Shown in pieces: positions 1 through 8,000 of a DNA stretch of 31,691 nucleotides. The translations under genes and the position numbers were made by a program. This DNA is from a virus, in the IMG/VR virus record IMGVR_UViG_3300028833_000401; one strand, given 5' to 3'. Below the pieces are notes generated by a model. It had not been told where the DNA came from. It saw nothing but the letters and a program-made list of their open reading frames with translations, and searched no databases. Each line of letters starts with the position of its first letter. Position 1 is the first letter of the stretch.

Positions 1-1
1 T

Positions 2-277
2 GAAAATAAAATTTTAAAGAATCCAAGAATTGAAATCTCTAAAACTCATAAAAGACCTTATGAAGCATTAGAAAGAACAATGCTTCATGAAATGATCCAT
101 TATAAAATATTCTTAGAACTCACTGGCGGCGAAATTGCTGCAGCTTTTGATGCATATAATACAGAAAATACAGATTTATTCAATAAAATTCTGTATTTAG
201 AGAATTATGCACATGGAAATAAATGGAATTCTTACGTAACTGATATAAATAATAAGTATAATTTAAAGATTAGCTAG
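2..277 (+). CDS. SprT-like zinc metalloprotease-motif protein, 5'-truncated by the window edge
   Basis: The frame is open from position 2 (ENKILKNPRIEISKTHKRPYEALERTMLHEMIHY), so the ORF-track start at 80 is internal. The HExxH motif (HEMIH) lies in a SprT-like context. Confidence 0.6.
   Translation, partial: ENKILKNPRIEISKTHKRPYEALERTMLHEMIHYKIFLELTGGEIAAAFDAYNTENTDLFNKILYLENYAHGNKWNSYVTDINNKYNLKIS
244..251 (+). promoter_or_regulatory. T4-type late promoter TATAAATA
   Basis: Exact consensus 32 nt upstream of the ATG at 284. Confidence 0.7.
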
Positions 278-283
278 GTTTTT

Positions 284-871
284 ATGACTTTAGAAGAAGC
301 TGTAGAAGTTCTTAAGAAAAACGGATATAAGGTTTTAGACGAGGATTTTGGAATCGGTGTTGGTGCACCTCTTGGTGCTGACCAAGGTATTCCGCATGGA
401 GGCGACTGCAAAGGTTGTTGTCCTCAACGTATGGGATTATTGTATCAACGTTCTCCATTTAGTGTTAATCCGCTTTATAAAGGTGTTCCTGATGCACATC
501 ATCCTGGATATTGGTTAAACCAGATTCCAAAGAAAAAGAAGAAAAAGAAGAAAAAACGTAAATTACGTGAAGGTGTCGAACTTGCTAATACCGTCGAAAG
601 TTTCGAAAATGCATGCTGGTCGCTTTATGCAAAAATTTTTAAGAAAGAACTTCCTAATTTGGCAAAACCAAGTGCCGATTTTATGAAGGGCTTTGAATCA
701 TATAACTATCCGCCAACCAGAGCTGCTAGTGCGGGCCGTGTCGCAAGACAAATTAGTACTCATCTTAACGACTTTGACAAAACAATATCTGACTGTTTAC
801 AGAAGTTTAAAAAGGAACTTCATATTCTAAAGATATTATTTAAAGATGAAGATAATTTGAGTAGTGACTAA
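284..871 (+). CDS. Hypothetical protein, probable head-internal protein, with a K9RK tract
   Basis: 195-aa ORF behind a late promoter. Its N-terminus MTLEEAVEVLKKNGYKVLDE resembles that of 18241..19824. Lys9 at 530-556. Confidence 0.75.
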   Translation: MTLEEAVEVLKKNGYKVLDEDFGIGVGAPLGADQGIPHGGDCKGCCPQRMGLLYQRSPFSVNPLYKGVPDAHHPGYWLNQIPKKKKKKKKKRKLREGVELANTVESFENACWSLYAKIFKKELPNLAKPSADFMKGFESYNYPPTRAASAGRVARQISTHLNDFDKTISDCLQKFKKELHILKILFKDEDNLSSD

Positions 872-1251
872 TGGAAGATATACGTAAAGAACAACTAAAT
901 ATTTTATTAAATGGAATTAAAAAAGTAGTAAGTAGTAAGAACTGTCCTGAATGGATTGCTCGTGATCTTACTATTGCCGTTAAGAATGCAAAAACTATAA
1001 ATTCCGATAATATTGAAAAATCTACTAATGGAGTAGAAATTGAAGAAACATATCGTCCATTTGAAGTAAATGATAAAGTTACTAGTAATGTAAATGGCGA
1101 TGATTGTATTTATCAAATAATTGGTCAGTCAGATCCAATAAATAGTATAAATTTATTTACACTAAAAATTATTAAGGGAAATAAAACTAATCCACCAGGA
1201 TATATAGTCTATAATGTCCCTGAAACAATGTTATTACATATTAAGGAATAA
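871..1251 (+). CDS. Hypothetical protein
   Basis: 126-aa ORF whose start overlaps the upstream stop (TAATG), indicating translational coupling. Confidence 0.75.
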   Translation: MEDIRKEQLNILLNGIKKVVSSKNCPEWIARDLTIAVKNAKTINSDNIEKSTNGVEIEETYRPFEVNDKVTSNVNGDDCIYQIIGQSDPINSINLFTLKIIKGNKTNPPGYIVYNVPETMLLHIKE

Positions 1252-1255
1252 TAAA

Positions 1256-1771
1256 ATGGGAAGAAAAATCAACACAAGAAATAAGAACTTTTTAGCCGAT
1301 TTACAGGCACGTATGAAAGACCGTTATAATTCAATTCATAATGGTACTCAATACTCTGAAATGGATAAGCAACGTGCAGAATTAATTGGCGTAGATTTAC
1401 CAGAACCTGTAGCACCTGCTATTCCAGAACGTCATGGTCGTGGTGGTTATAGTTCTCGTAGAACTCCAGCATTAGATACTTTCGAAGCTGAATATGAAGC
1501 ATTTATTGCCAATTTGAAGGCACAAAAACAAGCACAAGAAAATAAAGTAGAGGTTACAAATGTTCCTGAAACAAATGTTGAAACAACACAAGCAACTGAA
1601 GAAACTCCGGTTGTTGAAAATAAGCCTAAGAAAACAAGAAAGAAGAAAGAGGTGGTTGAGACAGTTCAGGAAGAACCAGTAGTTGAAGAACAGACAGAAT
1701 CACCTATTATGGAAGATGATGGTCAAACAGAAGGTGAAAAGTCTGAGCTTCCAGAATTTGACTTGAACTAA
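1256..1771 (+). CDS. Hypothetical protein with an acidic, low-complexity C-terminus
   Basis: Start moved from 1214 to the in-frame ATG at 1256, which has an AAGGA SD at 1243-1247 and does not overlap the upstream gene. Confidence 0.75.
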   Translation: MGRKINTRNKNFLADLQARMKDRYNSIHNGTQYSEMDKQRAELIGVDLPEPVAPAIPERHGRGGYSSRRTPALDTFEAEYEAFIANLKAQKQAQENKVEVTNVPETNVETTQATEETPVVENKPKKTRKKKEVVETVQEEPVVEEQTESPIMEDDGQTEGEKSELPEFDLN

Positions 1772-1790
1772 AAAATATTTAATAAAATAA

Positions 1791-1820
1791 AAAACCGGTT
1801 TTTAAACCGGTTTTCTTTTT
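1791..1820. terminator. Bidirectional intrinsic terminator
   Basis: AAAACCGGTTT (1791-1801) / AAACCGGTTTT (1804-1814) inverted repeat with A/T runs, between convergent genes. Confidence 0.8.
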
Positions 1821-2637
1821 ATATCTTAGTATCAAGTTTTGTAAGAATGTCTCGAGTCGTATTAAGTTCACCCTTCTTAGTGGCAATATCTTGCTTAATA
1901 CTATCACGTTTCTTAATCAAAGGTTCTTTCATCTTTCGGATTAAATAAGTCTTTGGCTTAATATCTAACTTTTCAGCAATCTTTTCAATTAAGAATATTG
2001 CATTTTCTACATTATCGAATTCCAAATCTTCTTCATTGAGCAAGAAGCCATTAAATATTAACTCAACATCGTTTTTGATCTTTTCAATTTCAACAAGCTG
2101 GTCTTCACTCAATGTCTGAATAACTGTTGAGACAGTCTTCATAATATCTGTGATATTGAACTTATTGCTAATTGAAGCATTCTTAGACAATGTTACGTCA
2201 TTCGGGTCAGATTCGCCCTGGTTAAATTCTGGGTCTGGTTCATGAGAACCATCAGTCAAAGCCGGATTTTCATCTGGATCTTTTTCATCATCGTCCTCAC
2301 CTTCGGTACCACCATCAGCACCACCACCATTACCATTACCGCCATTATCAGAGCCACCGCCAGCTCCACCACCCATGTCGTTACCAAATGGATCAGCACC
2401 GCCATCTGCTCCGCCAGCGTCTCCGCCACCACCAAATGGATCGCCACCAGCATCTCCGCCACCAGCATCACCACCACCCATATCTCCACCGGCATTGCCA
2501 AATGGATCATCTTCTTCGGTTATGATTCTAGTTCCTTCAAAATCTGATTCTTCAGTTAAAAAATTAGAAAAACCGGAATCGCCACCGAGCTTAATCGGCT
2601 CAATTACAGCATCTAACATTTCTTTAATATTTTTCAT
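1819..2637 (-). CDS. Hypothetical late protein with a Gly/Asp-rich linker and helical C-terminus
   Basis: 272-aa ORF, last gene of the minus-strand late operon that starts at gp4/gp16. FSNFLTEE resembles a head-protease-type site. Confidence 0.8.
   Translation of the reverse strand: MKNIKEMLDAVIEPIKLGGDSGFSNFLTEESDFEGTRIITEEDDPFGNAGGDMGGGDAGGGDAGGDPFGGGGDAGGADGGADPFGNDMGGGAGGGSDNGGNGNGGGADGGTEGEDDDEKDPDENPALTDGSHEPDPEFNQGESDPNDVTLSKNASISNKFNITDIMKTVSTVIQTLSEDQLVEIEKIKNDVELIFNGFLLNEEDLEFDNVENAIFLIEKIAEKLDIKPKTYLIRKMKEPLIKKRDSIKQDIATKKGELNTTRDILTKLDTKI
2308..2507 (-). repeat. Imperfect GGD(A/M)GG / DPFG coding repeats
   Basis: GGDMGGGDAGGGDAGGDPFGGGGDAGGADGGADPFG..., locally GC-rich. This explains the shadow ORFs here. 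Confidence 0.8.
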
Positions 2638-2648
2638 AATCGCTTTCC

Positions 2649-2951
2649 TTAAATCTTAAAGACTTCGTTAATTCTGTCTTTAATCATTTCTTTATTTATA
2701 CTACGAATATTTGAACAAGTCAAATAATTGAAGAAAATTCTTGCAGATTTTGTATTTTTCTTAGTTAAAAGATCATAAAGTCCACATTTATCACCTGTTA
2801 ACAGCATATTTACCATTAATTCCATTAAATCTGTAAGACGATCAATAGAAATTTCTTTTTCTTCTTCAGTATAAGTTTTGAAAACTTTATCAAAGTGTTT
2901 TTTAAGAAATTCTTCCCTATGTTCTATCTTGTAATATACAGAAAACAACAA
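2649..2951 (-). CDS. Hypothetical protein
   Basis: 100-aa ORF packed between co-oriented genes with 8-11 nt gaps. Confidence 0.7.
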   Translation of the reverse strand: MLFSVYYKIEHREEFLKKHFDKVFKTYTEEEKEISIDRLTDLMELMVNMLLTGDKCGLYDLLTKKNTKSARIFFNYLTCSNIRSINKEMIKDRINEVFKI

Positions 2952-2959
2952 TTTTACCT

Positions 2960-3511
2960 CTACGACAAATCAAAATCCGGATGTTCTACCTGAACTGCCG
3001 GTATATCTAATTTTTTCATTACTTCGTATTGTTCTTTTGGATTAAATATATATGTATTATTTTGAGTAATCTGTCCAGGGGTATTGTTTCCATTACTCTT
3101 ACCAGCAAGTCTCTTTTCTGCAAGTCTTTCTTTACTTGCCAAGGCTTTTTCTTTGAATTCTTCGTTAGATTCAATAACCTGATAATTTGTAATGTCCTTA
3201 CAAAGTTCTTTTAATTGTTGAACATTCTCTCTGACAGATTTAGAAACCGTTGCATAAACGGCATATAAATTCGGAGTTCCACCGCCATTTACAATCATGT
3301 CTTTTAAAGATTCCATAACTTCACGGTCGGATGCAATCAAATCTTGAAGTTCGGCTTTAATATATTCCTTATCTTCAATGGTATACTTTTGTGTCTTTAT
3401 ACCTTCTTTGACTTCTTCAATCTTTTCATTAGCAGTTGAAATCACAGACTTAACCTGTGATTCTGCTTCTTCAATATTGAATTCTTCTTTTAAATTATCA
3501 AAAACTCCCAT
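2960..3511 (-). CDS. gp16: Probable T4-type small terminase subunit (gp16-like)
   Basis: DKEYIKAELQDLI...PNLYAVYATVSKSV...QLKEL...QNNTYIFNPKEQ follows the gp16-family pattern D.EY.R..L..LI...PRAYEV...L...NNN.LFVGST. Late promoter upstream. Confidence 0.65.
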   Translation of the reverse strand: MGVFDNLKEEFNIEEAESQVKSVISTANEKIEEVKEGIKTQKYTIEDKEYIKAELQDLIASDREVMESLKDMIVNGGGTPNLYAVYATVSKSVRENVQQLKELCKDITNYQVIESNEEFKEKALASKERLAEKRLAGKSNGNNTPGQITQNNTYIFNPKEQYEVMKKLDIPAVQVEHPDFDLS

Positions 3512-3541
3512 AAATTCAAATATAGTAAATTTATTTAAATA

Positions 3542-3549
3542 TATTTATA
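3542..3549 (-). promoter_or_regulatory. T4-type late promoter TATAAATA
   Basis: TATTTATA on the + strand, 30 nt upstream of the ATG at 3511. Confidence 0.7.
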
Positions 3550-4068
3550 TTAGTAATTTATTCCGATTTCTTCTTCTGTCAATACCTTGAAAACAAAACC
3601 ATGTTCTCTACACCATCTACGAGCTGCTTGCCACTTAGAATTATTAACTCTTAGAACATTGCAACGTTCTTGCCAAGCATTTAACGCTCTTTGACTTCTG
3701 ACTTTAGGCGGGTCAGGATAAAGAATCTGACCACATTCATCAAGTCTCGGCATTTGAGATTTTGGTTTTACTTCAAGAATATATTTTACTATCTTGCCTG
3801 TCTTTTCCTTACAAACAAAATAGAAGTCGGTAATGTAAGTGTGTTGCTTACCATCGACTTCTGATATATATGGAACTTTTAAAACTTCCGAACCCCATTC
3901 AAGTATTGAATCATACTTATCACAGAATTTCATAAATTTTAATTCCCAACTGCTACGATATGTAATCGTATTGCATTTACTTCCCATTGCACCATTTATG
4001 TTTATACATTTCTCTGGTTTTGTTGGGTTGTATATACCTTGTGTATAACTTTTACCGTATATAGACAT
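3550..4068 (-). CDS. gp4: Head-completion nuclease (T4 gp4-like, TnsA_N/PD-(D/E)XK fold)
   Basis: QGIYNP..PEK...YRSSWELKFMKFCD...WGSE...PY...DGKQHTYITDF...EVKP..Q...N..KW.AA..WC..HG..F..LTE is the gp4 signature. Confidence 0.9.
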   Translation of the reverse strand: MSIYGKSYTQGIYNPTKPEKCININGAMGSKCNTITYRSSWELKFMKFCDKYDSILEWGSEVLKVPYISEVDGKQHTYITDFYFVCKEKTGKIVKYILEVKPKSQMPRLDECGQILYPDPPKVRSQRALNAWQERCNVLRVNNSKWQAARRWCREHGFVFKVLTEEEIGINY

Positions 4069-4094
4069 AAAATATAATAAAATATTTTTGGTTC

Positions 4095-4120
4095 TTATAG
4101 AAAAGGGATTTTTTCTATAA
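4095..4120. other. 10-bp perfect hairpin in the gp4 5' region
   Basis: TTATAGAAAA-GGGATT-TTTTCTATAA; a T-run follows only on the + strand. Confidence 0.55.
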
Positions 4121-4133
4121 TTTTCGCATATTT

Positions 4134-4141
4134 TATTTATA
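4134..4141 (-). promoter_or_regulatory. T4-type late promoter TATAAATA
   Basis: TATTTATA on the + strand immediately after the stop of 4144..5091, oriented toward gp4. Confidence 0.65.
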
Positions 4142-4143
4142 TT

Positions 4144-5091
4144 CTATTTTAGAGAAAATAAGCCATTTTCTGACCATTCTATATTTAACAGAACTTTATT
4201 CAAATTATATGTCTGTGGTAAATCCATATAACATACTGGAATACAACTAGCACTATTAGCTGGAAAATTTCTAAATGCTAATGGATTTTTCTTTTTAGTA
4301 ACTGGATCAATTTCTTCTGTTACTAAATTACCATTATTGTTATATAATGTCTCTCTTTCTCCATTATACCAAGTTATGAATAATGTTCCACCTACCATAT
4401 TTACTGGAGGAATGTCAAATTGTCTTACTGGAGATTTAACATTCATTTGATTTTCCACCAATGGCAATTCTTTAATATTATATGCGGCATATTCAGTTGG
4501 GTTATATCCGCTGGTAAAACCATATTCTGATTCAAAATACGGTTTTAAACCAGATGTCCATGTACTTTCTACGTCTTTATGAAACCCATTTTTTGCTTCC
4601 AAATTACTACGTACTTTTTCTATATTATAATCATTTGTTGGATTCATAATTGGATCATAATAATTATGAACAGTATCTAATGTTGTATCATTAACATAAT
4701 AATCATAAGAACGATAATTATAGTCTCTATCAACTATACAACCTTGCGGATATTGTCTTTTTGAAAAAATATAGGCAGAAGCAGGAATATTTAAAAAATT
4801 TTCAGATTGATAACAATCTTCAGATGGTAATCCATCTTCGCTGAAAACGTTTTCTCTTTGTAATAAACCTAAATTAGCTACATAACTAATCATTTTACTA
4901 CTATCATTTCCATTTGGATTTGGAAAATAAGTACGAAGATTCGCATCTATTTTTTTACTTCCGGAAAAATTTCTACCTTTTGGACATAACCATGCATCAA
5001 AATATATGCTATTATATAAATCAGCATTTTTACCAGAGCCGGTTTTAAACAAAAGATATTTAAATGAATTAAATACATATGGTTTGCTCAT
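4144..5091 (-). CDS. Probable virion structural (tail/fibre-associated) protein
   Basis: N-terminal YVFNSFK and C-terminal GGTLFI...PVCYMDL...LNIEWSENGLFSL match a small phage virion-protein pattern (IYNSFK...GAVIY...LVAYIDFG...ITW...GIF.L) recalled from memory. Confidence 0.6.
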   Translation of the reverse strand: MSKPYVFNSFKYLLFKTGSGKNADLYNSIYFDAWLCPKGRNFSGSKKIDANLRTYFPNPNGNDSSKMISYVANLGLLQRENVFSEDGLPSEDCYQSENFLNIPASAYIFSKRQYPQGCIVDRDYNYRSYDYYVNDTTLDTVHNYYDPIMNPTNDYNIEKVRSNLEAKNGFHKDVESTWTSGLKPYFESEYGFTSGYNPTEYAAYNIKELPLVENQMNVKSPVRQFDIPPVNMVGGTLFITWYNGERETLYNNNGNLVTEEIDPVTKKKNPLAFRNFPANSASCIPVCYMDLPQTYNLNKVLLNIEWSENGLFSLK

Positions 5092-8000
5092 TAGTCTATC
5101 TCCAAAAGTAATCCACTAGTTTGATTTATTAATGTATTATATCTTTCTTTAGATTCAGTTTCAAAATTAACTGATGGATATGCACTTAATGTCCATGATG
5201 TTCCTACAGTGCATTCACCTAAACCAACATCAATATACATTACTGGTTTTTCTTTACTATCTCTAATATATATACCTTCAAAATCGTCTGCAGAAAAACC
5301 ACTAGTAATCCACTTATATTCATTTCTTGTTTTTTGTGCCGAAACAAAACAGCCATTTAATAAAGAATCTTGACTTAATGTTTTACCAATATTGAAAACA
5401 TTACTGCCATAATGAATCTTATCATTATATTCTATATGACCACTTGTATTTGGCATTCTAAACCAGAATCCAGTTTTATCATTTTTATAATCAAACTTAA
5501 CATCTAAAGGTATACCATTTTTACAATCAGTATATAGATATGGTGCTGATTTTTCATAAGTATATTTATAATAGTTTAATAACTGGTCATCTTGAGTTGA
5601 TACATTTTTATTAGCTTCATTGACATTGTTTTTAATAGCGTCTGTTCTATTATACAAATATGTCATATTAAAACCATCGGGATCATAACCAGTATAATTT
5701 TCTCCAGTAGCAACTAATCCTGGATTATCAACATGAGTTGATATAGCTAAATTATTATAAAATTTACCTCTTATACCTAATTTATACCATGGATCTGGAT
5801 ATGTAATATTATCTGGATTATTATCTTTTATAGTATATAATGCATAATTTAATGATATATAATTATAAGCATATGGTGCACTTACTGGCCATTCATTAAT
5901 ATAATGAACTGTGAATTGAGGTTCTTGTGCTGCAACTTTTTCAAATTGTGTTTGCCAATTAAGTTCTTCTATTGTTACATTACTTAAATTTATTGCAGTT
6001 TCATTCATACCTTTAGAATTATCTGCTATAATTACTAAATCTGGATTTGCTGGTAATGTAAGTGGTGTTAGACTACCAGCTGGATAAAATGTTAATTCTT
6101 CTCCTTCTAATGGGCCATAACATTGATATTTTTTACCATCATCAGCTAATACTACTCTATTCGTATCCATAAAGAAATGAGCTTTCTTATATGCAATAGT
6201 TTCTGCAGTATCTGAACTATCGATAATAGCATTTATATTTTCAGCAAAATAACCTGTTGCTGCCAAACTAAAATCAGTTGTTGTTTGTGTTGGATCAGCT
6301 GCTGCAATAAATTCAAATCTATTATTTTCTGCAACCCATCTATATTTTGCAACAACTTTTTTACGTGAAATTGCTGGAACGGGCGGAATTTGAGTCCAAT
6401 TTTGAACTGTTCTTTCTGCGTCAGCAAATCCTGTAAAATATTCAGTAATTGGAATTACTTCTGATTTAGTAATATTTAAATAATTATGTATACTACCAAT
6501 GCCACGACCTGGTTCTCTCCACTGATAATCATGTCTATCATTATTTAAATCACCATATCTACCATTATCAACATAAGAAATTATATAGAATCCTTCAAAT
6601 GTACTATCAGGTGGCCATGGTCTTGGAGTATCTACTGCTGCTGCATCTTGTTCAGTAAATACATCAAATGGAATAACAAACGTATTATAACGTTCGTCGT
6701 CTGATGTATAATCACTGTATATTGAAAATCCATAATTTATTTTAATTTGAGGAACATATAAACGTTCATTATAATGTCCTCTCCAACCAAACTTATGAGA
6801 AAGCTGAACTAATCTACCTTCTTTTACACCAGTTCTGTTAGAATTACAACCATTTTCTTGTGATAGAAGTGCAGAAACTTTATAAAGTTGATTAATTTTA
6901 GCAACTTGAGCATCTCTATCACCACCTGGAATAGGAACATCTGTAAATGGCATATATTGGAATGCCTCTTCTTCTATAGTCATGTATACTTCTTTAACGT
7001 TATTTGCTAACTGATGGTCAGCGGTAACACCATCATAAACATAGAAGTCAGATTGTGCCTGATTAAATGCTGGATTTTGTGCCGTAAATGCTACTTTTTT
7101 AAATCCATGCCCTAATTGATCTCGTAAATAAGTCAAATCATGATTTGGAACGAGCTCTAAGTCTGAACCAAAATATGGATATGTAGTTAGAACTTTATTT
7201 GCTGCATAATCTAAAGCATTACGAGAGTTATAACCAACTGCCGTAGCTGCTTGAGTTATTGCACCATTACATTGGAAAATATCACCAACAGCATCCATAT
7301 TTGCATTTACTGCTGTTGCACACCAAGCTGGTTGAATTTGTGCTGCGGCTGGATATTTAACTGTTGTAAAAACTTGTGCTGCTTGTTGATAATTATTATT
7401 AATCTGGCAATTTTCCCAATAAACAAGTTTTGATGCCATTAAACCAACGTCAATTGAGAAGTTTTCAGAATATGGCGTATTTAATCTATCAATAATACTA
7501 TTTGGAATACCACCTGCTGCAGCAAATATATTATAGTTACCGGTAACATGATTAACAGTATCATCTATTGCACAACCACCAACACCAGGTAAATCTAATT
7601 CTGTATTAATTGACCAGAAATTAGGATTAGAGAATGGTGCAGCAAAATTTTGGTCAACACCAAAAATACCAACATGAGAATATGTATTATTATTTTCTAA
7701 TGGAGTACCAACATTTTCAAATAATGTTGAAATAACAGATGGCGTTGCCAAATAAGTAGGTTTTAATTCAGCAAATAACGGTGAAGCAACACCGTACATC
7801 CAATATTGATAATTATTAACTCCTTCTGATTCAATACAATATGGAGAACATTTTAATACACCGTCTTCAGCAGCAAAATATTCAGCATAACCAAAAGTAC
7901 CATTTGTTACTTTAATACATCTATTTTGCGGATTATTTATTTCATGAGTATAATTCCAGAAATCACCAATATTAGAAGTATTAAGCTCCATCATTGCAGC

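Noticed and set aside
275-286. TAG at 275-277 is in frame with the next ORF, suggesting TAG recoding (as in Lak or some crAss-like phages)
   Set aside because: Long genes (1632, 754, 684 aa) are intact under the standard code. The TAG at 4144 falls exactly at a natural-looking domain end (GLFSLK). A late promoter at 244 serves the ORF at 284 separately.
2242-2659. Shadow ORFs 2242..2547, 2256..2510 and 2375..2659 (one Pro/Ser-rich)
   Set aside because: By-products of the Gly-rich repeat on the real - strand gene; no SD and biased composition.
3550-4068. TnsA-like nuclease as a sign of a Tn7-like transposon
   Set aside because: The motifs fit T4 gp4 head-completion nuclease. No TnsB/TnsC genes or terminal repeats are present, and the gene has a late promoter.
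5563-5570. TATAAATA on the - strand inside the 1632-aa gene
   Set aside because: It is about 470 nt from the next start and expected by chance in AT-rich coding DNA, so it is not called as a promoter.
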